Below, one piece after another: positions 20,130 through 29,146 of a DNA stretch of 64,000 nt. Position numbers and translations under genes: made by a program. A model generated the notes under the pieces. The model worked only from the letters and a program-made list of their open reading frames with translations, had not been told where the DNA came from and did not search any database. Origin of the DNA: an uncultured Atopobium sp. (GTDB lineage Bacteria > Actinomycetota > Coriobacteriia > Coriobacteriales > Atopobiaceae); the NCBI GenBank assembly GCA_938015835.1, contig CALLVW010000030.1, positions 10,527 to 74,526 of the forward strand. The letters are read 5' to 3'. Numbering within the stretch: the first letter of the stretch is position 1; every line of letters begins with the position of its first letter.

Positions 20130-21467
20130 TTATGCTGTTGCCTGCAGTGCCGCACCTGCAAGCTTGAGTGTCACGCACGTACCCTGCCCTGGTTTAGACA
20201 TGATTTCCATGCCAGAGCCAACGGCGTAGAAGCGCTCAACTCGCTCAGCTACGTTCTTAATGGCAATACCCGTGCCCCTATTTCTCCCCGAAGAATCCTG
20301 CGGGGTAGGACCTTGACCATTAAGTAAGCGAGAAACAGTCTCTTCATCCATTCCAAGACCATCATCAGCAACAGATATAAGAATATCATCATCATCGCGT
20401 GTGACGTGGATGTCAATATGGAGGGCGCCTTCATCTTTCATAGCGTGCCTCACGGCATTCTCGACAATAGGCTGAATCAAAAAAGACGGTACCTGAATAT
20501 CTTCGCATCCCTCATCAACATGCTCAGACTCTTGAATACGTTCTTCTCCAAAACGCGCCTTCTCAATTGTCAAATACCTGCGCGTTTGTGTCAATTCCTG
20601 AGAAAGCGGAATGAGCGCACCTTGAGAGCTCTCAAGCGTACGGCGATAAAACACAGAGAACTCGCGAAGCAGATCTCGCGCCTTATTGGGGTTTGTACGC
20701 GTAAGAGATGCAATGGTGTTGAGCGTGTTGAACAAGAAATGCGGATTAATCTGTGCCTGCAAGGCTTTGACCTCAGCTCGAGCGGTTAACTCTGCCTGGC
20801 GATCAAGCTCATACGAGGAAAGCTGTGTGGAGAGAAGCTCACCCAAACCCTCAGCAATTGCCAACTGCGTACGATCAATTTCAATGCCACGACGATAGTA
20901 GAGCTTGATAGTACCAACCGTGCGGTCCTGAACAATCAACGGAACAATGATGCCAAAGGAGCTGCCGCCATTGCCAAAGCCTCCACGCCTTTGTAGTACC
21001 TGCTGACGACTATCTACCGAGACAAACGTCTCCATGCGGCCACTTTCCAGAACCTCAGTTGCAGGGCCAACCACCTTTGAGCCAGGCATATGCGAGGTTG
21101 CAATATCTCCCTCAAAACCCAGCACATACTCTGTATCTGTGATTGAAATAGCGGCTGCAGAAGTTTCTGGAAGCAATAGTGTGCAGATAGTTGGCGCTGT
21201 TTCTTGCGACAAGCCTCCGCGTAAGGTCTTGAGCGTCTTAGAGGCAACCTCAAGTGTTCGCTCTGTTGCTTGAGACCTGGCATGCTCATTACCAGGTTGG
21301 GTAGTGCCACCAAGAACAATGACCGTGGCAAGTCCTCCGCCTGCAACAAGAGCGGCAAACAGGTTGTCTGCCATAACGCTCCAAGAAAGCAAGCCCAGCA
21401 ATACACAGGCAAGAATAATCAGGACTATCCTGGTCGATCTATGTATGTACTGAGCAAGTCTTTGCAT
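20130..21467 (-). CDS. sensor histidine kinase, LytS/YehU-type (His_kinase domain) with N-terminal TM helices and a GAF-like domain
   Basis: NPHFLFNTLNTIASL motif of the LytS-type kinase, HATPase_c C-terminus, cognate LytTR regulator immediately downstream. Confidence 0.85.
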   Translation of the reverse strand: MQRLAQYIHRSTRIVLIILACVLLGLLSWSVMADNLFAALVAGGGLATVIVLGGTTQPGNEHARSQATERTLEVASKTLKTLRGGLSQETAPTICTLLLPETSAAAISITDTEYVLGFEGDIATSHMPGSKVVGPATEVLESGRMETFVSVDSRQQVLQRRGGFGNGGSSFGIIVPLIVQDRTVGTIKLYYRRGIEIDRTQLAIAEGLGELLSTQLSSYELDRQAELTARAEVKALQAQINPHFLFNTLNTIASLTRTNPNKARDLLREFSVFYRRTLESSQGALIPLSQELTQTRRYLTIEKARFGEERIQESEHVDEGCEDIQVPSFLIQPIVENAVRHAMKDEGALHIDIHVTRDDDDILISVADDGLGMDEETVSRLLNGQGPTPQDSSGRNRGTGIAIKNVAERVERFYAVGSGMEIMSKPGQGTCVTLKLAGAALQATA

Positions 21468-21473
21468 GGTTGT

Positions 21474-22097
21474 CTAGTTCTCTACTGATTCTGCAGCAGA
21501 ATCCTCAGAAGCAAGCTGCTGCGGCAAAGGCGAATGCTTAAGCGCACGAGCCAAAGGAGCTCCGAGTACGTAGAGAACAACAGCCTCTCCGAGTCCTGTG
21601 GTGATAAAACCAAACAAGAACATAAGAGGATACGATCCATCAAGTTCAATGGTGGTAAATGGAATTGTATAGAATCCCAATCCTTGAAGCAAAATGGGAA
21701 GATATGCAGACACAATAACGGCATTTGCAAGCACTGGCCCCAGAAGCGCAAGTGGTACGTTCTTCCTGTTCTTCCAGGTAAACCATGCACCAAGAGCAGT
21801 TGCCAGAGAACCAAAGACTACATCTAACAATCCCAAAGCTCCTGTGCCAGAAATGACCATATTTGCAAGGTTGGCAATAACACAGCCAAGCGTCAGTCCT
21901 GGGATTGCGTCAGCGGTAAAGAGTGCAATAACCACAACCGCCTCAGAAATGCGGAACTGTACAGGACCCCAAGCAAGACCGCCCAAGAAAAGAAGAGCTG
22001 CAAGCGTAAGTGCTGCATAAAGGGCAGCAATAATACCAATACGTGCAAGGCGCTGAGCGCGCTGTTTTGTTGCATAAGCTGAAGAAACCTGTGGCAA
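21474..22097 (-). CDS. QueT-like / ECF-type substrate-capture (S component) membrane protein
   Basis: 207-aa 5-6 TM protein with N-terminal AALYAALTLAALL... and a GPVQFRISEAV motif resembling the QueT family. TTG start. Confidence 0.5.
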   Translation of the reverse strand: MPQVSSAYATKQRAQRLARIGIIAALYAALTLAALLFLGGLAWGPVQFRISEAVVVIALFTADAIPGLTLGCVIANLANMVISGTGALGLLDVVFGSLATALGAWFTWKNRKNVPLALLGPVLANAVIVSAYLPILLQGLGFYTIPFTTIELDGSYPLMFLFGFITTGLGEAVVLYVLGAPLARALKHSPLPQQLASEDSAAESVEN

Positions 22098-22181
22098 AAC
22101 AATCCCCTTGTTAACTCTAAAAATTTAGTTCATGATACGACGAAACGCATATATGAGCAAATGAGCAGTGCAGACATACAA

Positions 22182-22928
22182 TTAGTAATGCAGGTGCATT
22201 CCTGGATAGACCATCTCACGAGCATGCTTTTGATACGCTGCGACCGCCTCTTCTTCAAAAGCAAGAGGAGTGTCTTCCTCGCCTGCCATATCCAAAATCC
22301 ACCGTGTGAGATAAGGATTGAGCGGAAGCAGTGGCCCAATAAGCCAGGTGGCAATAGCGTTCTTGCGACGGAAACCTTCCAGCTTGCTTTCTTTATTGAT
22401 GCCAAAACCCACCTTATTTTTAAGGAAGTAGCAGTTAGAGTTATCTCCCTCGGTGAGTGTGAACTGCATCTTAAAGCCAACGACAACAAAAGGCTCTTTG
22501 CCATTGCCGGGATCAAACTCTCCCACCTGGACATCGTGGAAGCGCTGGGGCATATAGCGAGTAGTCGTAAACTTGAAGAGGCCCAGAGCCTCAATTTCAG
22601 AGCCGTCAGGATTAACGATTTTCTCGCCAAAAAGCTCTGAGGCGTTACCCGCAAACAGCATAGGAACGCCCTGATCAGCCAGCTCTGCAAGCCTGTCCTT
22701 GTAAGGCATAAGGCGAGAAATAACAAGCTCTTGCTGGGCTTCTGTCATGCCACCCATGATGATTGCCGAAGGCGTATGCTCCACAAAGTAAGGTGTTGCG
22801 ACGTGAGAGGTGTACACAAAGTTCTCTTTTGGAAGGCAGGCCTCCAGGTAGAGAGCATTTCCGTTGTCTCCACCCTGGTTACCGTACTCTGGGTAAAGAA
22901 TCTCAATCTTAGTTGCTGGATTACTCAT
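22182..22928 (-). CDS. gatD: lipid II isoglutaminyl synthase glutaminase subunit (CobQ-type GATase)
   Basis: 248-aa CobB/CobQ-like glutamine amidotransferase, overlapping by 8 nt with and downstream of a MurT-type ligase. Confidence 0.8.
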   Translation of the reverse strand: MSNPATKIEILYPEYGNQGGDNGNALYLEACLPKENFVYTSHVATPYFVEHTPSAIIMGGMTEAQQELVISRLMPYKDRLAELADQGVPMLFAGNASELFGEKIVNPDGSEIEALGLFKFTTTRYMPQRFHDVQVGEFDPGNGKEPFVVVGFKMQFTLTEGDNSNCYFLKNKVGFGINKESKLEGFRRKNAIATWLIGPLLPLNPYLTRWILDMAGEEDTPLAFEEEAVAAYQKHAREMVYPGMHLHY

Positions 22929-24354
22929 GGGAGGCCTCCATCTGTTTCAAGCGCTCAATGATACGGTTTCTGCTGATATCAGCAATGCCACCGTTATAGA
23001 GGCCGTGTGCATAGAAAACGTGCTGGCAAGCGTTAAGGTCAACCAGGTCAGCGGTCTCTTCAGGAGAGCTTGCCACAAAGGTTTTAGCTGGATCAATACC
23101 GGCAAGTCTCAGCCTAAGCTGCAGGTCAAGCGACGTGTCTCCATAAATAATGACCTGCTTAACACTTGGATCTTGCAAGAACTCAAAGTCAGTCTGATAG
23201 TACCAGCCAATATACTCTGTCTGATCTTTTGCTTTTGCCATGTACGCATCAGCAATCATGATGATAATTGCTTTGTCACCTGGCTGTTTACGCAGGATAT
23301 CAATGGTGACCGAGGTTGCTGTGTCATTCTCGCCCTTAGAAGCCATGCTAATAAGACGACGACCGTTGTAGTCAATCTCGTTATACCTGGAGGAAGCAAT
23401 GTTAACGCGTTGCAAAGATGCAGCGATAGTTGCAGGCGCAAGACCCATCTCACGCGCGGTTACAATGGCCACAAACAAGTTATAGAGGTTGACGATAGAG
23501 TAGCTATTGAGCTTGTACTCGTATGTTGGTGCACCCTCGTGGCAGTGCTCCTTGACCACAAACTTGCCAGTCTCTAGCTCTACTGAAATGACCTCATAAT
23601 CAGGAGTTGGGTTGGTATAGCCGCACTCCTCGCAAGTTGCGTGTCCAAGATGCCTAAGGTGAGCATAATCCCACTTGAGCTTGCCACCGCATTTGGGGCA
23701 GGCGGTAAGATCTGAAACAATACCCACTGGCTCTGCGGTGTCTTCTGCCAGCCTTGCAATGGAGTAATACGTACGATGTGTACACTGAGGAGCAAGCCTG
23801 CAGCTAATCATGTCATCTGCGTTCAAAATCAGATGAGTTGAAGCAGGAATGCCCTTATCCATAACGTCAAACACGTAGTCTGGCGTTGCGCTACGAGAGA
23901 ACGTATCGCGGAACAAATTGGTAACAGACAAAATATCAGGCTGCAGATACGGGAAAATGCGAGGTCCAGAGAGCTCGTCAAACTCCATAACTGCAAGCTT
24001 AGTCTTTGACGTACCCTTCCACGTGGCGTTCTTTGCAAACGAGCTTGCAAAGCCGCTGGAAATATTGCCGCCAACGCGGTTGGTAACGGTCTGGTAGCCG
24101 TTATCGGCGAGAAGATCGTTGAGCAGGTTATTGGTAGTTGTCTTACCGTTTGTACCGGTAATAAAGACAATCTGCTCTGGCTTAGCAATGTCTCCCAAAA
24201 ATGCAGGATCAATGCCTTCAGCAATAAAGCCTGGCAGCGTTCCGCCTTCATGGTTGGTCAATTTAAGTGCTGCAAGTGTTGCTTTAGCAGCGAGAAAAGC
24301 TACAGGAAATAGTCTGCTCTTTTTTTGTGCCACAGTAACTCCCATCGTGAGCAA
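22921..24354 (-). CDS. murT: lipid II isoglutaminyl synthase, Mur ligase family subunit
   Basis: Mur ligase central domain with P-loop GTNGKTTT, a Cys4 ribbon CPKCGG...CEECG and a DUF1727-like C-terminus. Start codon uncertain (TTG 24354 or ATG 24345). Confidence 0.8.
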   Translation of the reverse strand: MLTMGVTVAQKKSRLFPVAFLAAKATLAALKLTNHEGGTLPGFIAEGIDPAFLGDIAKPEQIVFITGTNGKTTTNNLLNDLLADNGYQTVTNRVGGNISSGFASSFAKNATWKGTSKTKLAVMEFDELSGPRIFPYLQPDILSVTNLFRDTFSRSATPDYVFDVMDKGIPASTHLILNADDMISCRLAPQCTHRTYYSIARLAEDTAEPVGIVSDLTACPKCGGKLKWDYAHLRHLGHATCEECGYTNPTPDYEVISVELETGKFVVKEHCHEGAPTYEYKLNSYSIVNLYNLFVAIVTAREMGLAPATIAASLQRVNIASSRYNEIDYNGRRLISMASKGENDTATSVTIDILRKQPGDKAIIIMIADAYMAKAKDQTEYIGWYYQTDFEFLQDPSVKQVIIYGDTSLDLQLRLRLAGIDPAKTFVASSPEETADLVDLNACQHVFYAHGLYNGGIADISRNRIIERLKQMEASHE

Positions 24355-24423
24355 AGTCTCTCTAGTTTATCACCTCGCGAGAAGGGCTTGAAGAACACAG
24401 AGCTTCTCGCCAAAAATGTCGCA

Positions 24424-24456
24424 TAAAAAAGCCGAGCCAGGATGTCCTGGCTCGGC
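24424..24456 (-). terminator. intrinsic terminator of nifJ
   Basis: GCCGAGCCAGG-ATGT-CCTGGCTCGGC hairpin followed on the minus strand by TTTTTTAT. Confidence 0.8.
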
Positions 24457-24482
24457 TGAAGCTACGTGAAAGTAAGTTTACC

Positions 24483-27400
24483 TTACTCCTCAGGCTGCTC
24501 CTTCTTCTCTGCAGCGTAAAGCTCGGAGAGGCGGACAAGGTGATCGTAGCGAGCCATTGCGGCTTCCTCGTTCTCCTTGAAGAGCTTCTCTGCGTGCTCT
24601 GGGAACTCGCGGGTGAGTCGGCTGTAACGAGCCTCGTTCATCAGGAACTCCTGGTAGCCACCCTTAGGTGCCTTGGAGTCAAGCGTGAACTTCTTACCTG
24701 CTGGTGCAGATGGGTTGAAGCGATAGAGGTTCCAGTAGCCAGTCTCGACTGCCTTCTTCATCTCCTCCTGTGCGTGAGCCATGCCGCCCTTGATGGAGTG
24801 CATCTCGCATGGGGAGTAACCGATGATGAGGGATGGTCCTGGATAAGCCTCTGCCTCAGCAATTGCCTTGAGAGTCTGCTGGAGGTTTGCGCCCATGGAG
24901 ACCTGAGCAACATAGACGTAACCATAGGTCATAGCGATCTCAGCAAGGTTCTTCTGCTTGATGTCCTTACCTGCTGCAGCAAACTGTGCAACCTGGCCAA
25001 GACGGGAAGCCTTAGAGGACTGACCACCGGTGTTGGAGTAAACCTCAGTGTCGAAGACAAAGACGTTGATGTCCTCGCCGGAAGCAAGAACGTGGTCAAG
25101 GCCACCGAAGCCGATGTCGTATGCCCAACCGTCGCCACCGAAGATCCAGAAGGACTTCTTGGTGAGGAAGCTCTTGTTAGCAAGGATTTCCTTAGCTGCT
25201 GGAAGATCAGACTTCTCAAGCTCAACTACGAAGGTCTTAGAAGCTTCCTTGGAGAGAGCTGCGTCGTTGACGGACTCAATCCATGCCTTAGCAGCATCCT
25301 TGAGGTCCTGAGATGCGCCGTCCTCATCGACAAGCTGCTGAGCAAGCTCCAGGAGACGCTTCTGCTGTGCCTGGTGACCAAGCATCAGACCCATACCGTG
25401 CTCTGCATTGTCCTCAAAGAGGGAGTTGTTCCATGCTGGGCCGTGGCCGTTTGCATCGGTAGTGAATGGTGAGCAAGAAGCTGGGTTACCCCAAATGGAG
25501 GAGCAGCCGGTTGCGTTGGAGATGTACATACGATCGCCAAAGAGCTGGGTGACCAGGCGGCCGTAGCTGGTCTCAGCGCAGCCTGCGCAGGAACCGGAGA
25601 ACTCAAGAAGAGGCTTCTTGAACTGGGATGCCTTGACGTTGTTAGCAACAAGCTCGGTCTTCTCGGAGACGTGGTTGACTGCGTAGTCAAAGATCTCCTG
25701 CTTGGACTCCTGCTCCTCGATTGGCTTCATGGTCAGAGCATCTGCAGGGCAGATGTAGACGCAGTTGGAGCAACCGGTGCAGTCGAGCTGAGAAATAGCA
25801 ATCTCAAACTTGTAGCCCTTAGCCTTAGGACCAACGGCATCCTTGAACTGAGACTGTGCTGGTGCAGCAGCAACCTCTTCGTCGGTAAGGACGAATGGAC
25901 GAATGACTGCGTGTGGGCAGACATAAGCGCACTGGTTACACTGAATACACTTCTCGACGTTCCACTCAGGAACAACAACAGCAATGCCGCGCTTCTCGTA
26001 AGCAGCAGCACCAAGCTCAAACTGTCCATCAACGTGGTTCTTAAATGCAGAAACAGGAAGAGCGTCACCCTCCATACGAGAGACTGGAGTCATGATGTCG
26101 CGGACCTGCTTGAGCAGAGCCTCACGGCCCTCAAGAGTGATTGTGCTTGGAGCATCCTCTGCGGTAGCCCAATCAGCAGGAATCTCAATCTTAGTAAATG
26201 CAGTAGCACCAGCGTCGATTGCCTTGTGGTTCATATCGACAATGTTCTGGCCCTTCTTCAGGTAAGAGTGAGTTGCAGCATCCTTCATGTACTGAAGTGC
26301 GTCTGCCTCTGGGAGAACCTTTGCAAGAGCAAAGAATGCGGACTGAAGAATGGTGTTGGTGCGCTTGCCCATACCAATTTCCTTGGCAAGGTCAATTGCA
26401 TTGATCAGATAAACGTTGATGTTGTTCTTAGCAATGTAGCGCTTTGCCTCTGCTGGCAGGTGGTGTGCAAACTCCTCTGCATCCCACTGGCAGTTAACCA
26501 GGAAGGTACCGCCAGGCTTAACGTCGCGGACCATCTTGTAGCCCTTGATGATGTATGCAGGAACGTGGCATGCAACAAAGTCTGCCTTGGTGACATAGTA
26601 AGGAGAACGGATCTTGTGATCACCGAAGCGCAGGTGGCTGATGGTGATACCGCCGGTCTTCTTGGAGTCATACTGGAAGTATGCCTGAACATATTTATCG
26701 GTGTGGTCACCAATAATCTTAATGGAGTTCTTGTTAGCACCAACGGTACCGTCGCCGCCAATACCCCAGAACTTGCACTCAATGGTGCCCTCAGCTGCAG
26801 TGTTAGGAGCCTCAGGATCCTCTGGGAGAGACAGATTAGTAACGTCATCGACAATACCAACGGTGAACTCACGCTGAGGAGCATCCTTCTTGAGCTCCTC
26901 GAAGATTGCGAATGCAGATGATGGTGGGGTGTCCTTGGAACCAAGGCCGTAACGACCGCCAACAACCTTAATGCCTGTACGACCAGCCTCATAGAGGGAA
27001 GAAACAACGTCTTCATAGAGAGGCTCACCAACGGAACCTGGCTCCTTGGTACGGTCGAGAACAGCAATCTTCTTGACGGACTCAGGAAGAACGTCAACAA
27101 AGTGCTTTACAGAGAATGGACGATAGAGGCGAACCTTAACCAGACCGACCTTCTCGCCATGAGCGTTCAGGTAATCGATAACCTCTTCGAGGGTATCGCA
27201 GAAGGAACCCATGCAGATAACAACGCGGTCAGCGTCTTCTGCACCGTAGTAGTTGAACAGACCGTAGTCAGTACCAAGCTTAGCGTTGATCTGGTTCATG
27301 TAGTCTTCAACAACTGCTGGCAGCTGGTTATAAACCTCGTTGCATGCCTCACGATGCTGGAAGAAGATATCGCCGTTCTCATGGGAACCACGGCTTGATG

Positions 27401-28037
27401 GGTGCTCTGGGTTCAGTGCATGATCGCGGAATGCCTGGACAGCGTCCATATCACACATCTCAGCCAGGTCAGCATAATCCCAAACAGCAACCTTCTGAAT
27501 CTCGTGAGAAGTACGGAAGCCGTCGAAGAAGTTAACAAATGGAACCTTGCCCTTGATTGCTGCAAGGTGAGCAACAGGAGCCAGATCCATAACCTCCTGG
27601 ACGTTGCCTTCTGCGAGAAGTGCAAAGCCAGTCTGGCGAGCGGACATAACGTCAGAGTGATCGCCAAAGATGTTCAGTGCATGGGTTGCAACGGTACGTG
27701 CGCTGACGTGGAAAACACCAGGAAGCTGCTCGCCGGCAATCTTGTACATGTTTGGAAGCATGAGCAAGAGGCCCTGAGAAGCGGTGTAAGTAGTGGTCAG
27801 AGCGCCTGAACCAAGAGAACCGTGAACAGCACCAGCTGCGCCAGCCTCGGACTGCATCTCGACAACCTTGACGGTTGTACCAAAGATGTTCTTTACACCC
27901 TGGGCTGACCACTGGTCAACATAGTCTGCCATTGGACTTGATGGGGTAATTGGGTAAATGCCCGCTACCTCGGTAAACGCATACGACACGTAAGCCGCGG
28001 CGTTGTTACCGTCCATGGACTTAAACTTTCTTGCCAT
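24483..28037 (-). CDS. nifJ: pyruvate:ferredoxin (flavodoxin) oxidoreductase
   Basis: About 1180 aa. Fused PFOR domains, 2x[4Fe-4S] ferredoxin motifs (CIQCNQCAYVCPH, CTGCSNCVYICP) and TPP-binding GDGW motif. The ATG at 28037 has a GGAGAGG RBS. Confidence 0.9.
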   Translation of the reverse strand: MARKFKSMDGNNAAAYVSYAFTEVAGIYPITPSSPMADYVDQWSAQGVKNIFGTTVKVVEMQSEAGAAGAVHGSLGSGALTTTYTASQGLLLMLPNMYKIAGEQLPGVFHVSARTVATHALNIFGDHSDVMSARQTGFALLAEGNVQEVMDLAPVAHLAAIKGKVPFVNFFDGFRTSHEIQKVAVWDYADLAEMCDMDAVQAFRDHALNPEHPSSRGSHENGDIFFQHREACNEVYNQLPAVVEDYMNQINAKLGTDYGLFNYYGAEDADRVVICMGSFCDTLEEVIDYLNAHGEKVGLVKVRLYRPFSVKHFVDVLPESVKKIAVLDRTKEPGSVGEPLYEDVVSSLYEAGRTGIKVVGGRYGLGSKDTPPSSAFAIFEELKKDAPQREFTVGIVDDVTNLSLPEDPEAPNTAAEGTIECKFWGIGGDGTVGANKNSIKIIGDHTDKYVQAYFQYDSKKTGGITISHLRFGDHKIRSPYYVTKADFVACHVPAYIIKGYKMVRDVKPGGTFLVNCQWDAEEFAHHLPAEAKRYIAKNNINVYLINAIDLAKEIGMGKRTNTILQSAFFALAKVLPEADALQYMKDAATHSYLKKGQNIVDMNHKAIDAGATAFTKIEIPADWATAEDAPSTITLEGREALLKQVRDIMTPVSRMEGDALPVSAFKNHVDGQFELGAAAYEKRGIAVVVPEWNVEKCIQCNQCAYVCPHAVIRPFVLTDEEVAAAPAQSQFKDAVGPKAKGYKFEIAISQLDCTGCSNCVYICPADALTMKPIEEQESKQEIFDYAVNHVSEKTELVANNVKASQFKKPLLEFSGSCAGCAETSYGRLVTQLFGDRMYISNATGCSSIWGNPASCSPFTTDANGHGPAWNNSLFEDNAEHGMGLMLGHQAQQKRLLELAQQLVDEDGASQDLKDAAKAWIESVNDAALSKEASKTFVVELEKSDLPAAKEILANKSFLTKKSFWIFGGDGWAYDIGFGGLDHVLASGEDINVFVFDTEVYSNTGGQSSKASRLGQVAQFAAAGKDIKQKNLAEIAMTYGYVYVAQVSMGANLQQTLKAIAEAEAYPGPSLIIGYSPCEMHSIKGGMAHAQEEMKKAVETGYWNLYRFNPSAPAGKKFTLDSKAPKGGYQEFLMNEARYSRLTREFPEHAEKLFKENEEAAMARYDHLVRLSELYAAEKKEQPEE

Positions 28038-28432
28038 TTCCTCTCCTTGCCTAATCTGTGATTTCTCACAGTATGCGTCTGTGCGATCCAAAATAAAGCT
28101 GTAGACCCTGGGTGACTACGGAAACAAGTTTCATAGTTCGGCCGGCAGCGGTCGCATAATGCTTTTATTATTGCGCAAAAAAACAATGAAACAAATCAGA
28201 AATACAAGCTGACAAATACCTATTTTTAAGTAGGAATTTCTACCTGCGGAATTACAAAATAAACATAACACTAAAGTGCAAGTTTTTTGTAAATCGACAA
28301 AATATTCAAGTACACAAGCAGCCATCTGTCTGAAAAACAGACAGATTTTTACGTAGGCGCTCAACGTGCGACAACTTTATCGTGCATTGCGTACCCTTTG
28401 CTGGACGAGCCTTAAATATCGTACTTATCTGA

Positions 28433-29095
28433 TTACTTAGCACCTTTGATTTCACAAAGTTTCTTGTAACCAAATAAGAAACGCTCTCCTATCTCGCCTT
28501 GAGCATCAGAAGCACATACGATTCCATGTTCATCTGAAGTAAGGAAAGCTTCATCAAATTCGGCGGTTCCATCAAATACCTGGGCAATAACGTCTGGATT
28601 AAACTCTGTTGGCTCATGAAGAGTCTGTGCCAGGTCTAACACTAAACTTGTGACTCCCGATTGAACGCTTTCTTCCGAGACACCCGCAATAAGTTTTCCG
28701 TCTTTTACCAGCCAAAGCACCTCTGGTGAACAATGAGTTTGCTGCTCTTCTCGCTGTGAAATCCTTGCGCGTCCCGCAAGAGACAGAACAGAACGCTCTT
28801 CCAAAGACTGGTAAGGTCCGACAGTCATAGCAGCTTGACCATTGCTCTCGAGCAAAATCATAAGAACACCATCTGGAAACTCTTGTGACCCTTCTTTAAG
28901 CGTTCCTTCGATGTGCTGCTTAGCCCAGGCAATCAAGTGCGGAGAAACCTTTTTTTGCGCAACAGCTCTCTTGCTCAGTGCACGTAAGTGCCTGTTATCA
29001 AGAGGGAGGACACCTCCAGCCAGTCTCCAACGACAAACAAGTTCTGGATTATCAAGCTCAAACTTCTGAGCTGCTTCTAGCTCTTCCTGGTCCAC
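28433..29095 (-). CDS. hypothetical protein
   Basis: 220-aa acidic soluble protein with no recognised domain. A GTG start preceded by GGAGGAC is likelier than the track TTG at 29110. Confidence 0.45.
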   Translation of the reverse strand: MDQEELEAAQKFELDNPELVCRWRLAGGVLPLDNRHLRALSKRAVAQKKVSPHLIAWAKQHIEGTLKEGSQEFPDGVLMILLESNGQAAMTVGPYQSLEERSVLSLAGRARISQREEQQTHCSPEVLWLVKDGKLIAGVSEESVQSGVTSLVLDLAQTLHEPTEFNPDVIAQVFDGTAEFDEAFLTSDEHGIVCASDAQGEIGERFLFGYKKLCEIKGAK

Positions 29096-29146
29096 AGTGT
29101 CCTCCCCCAACTTTTTTAAATGAACTGCTACTCCCGAATTAGCAGA

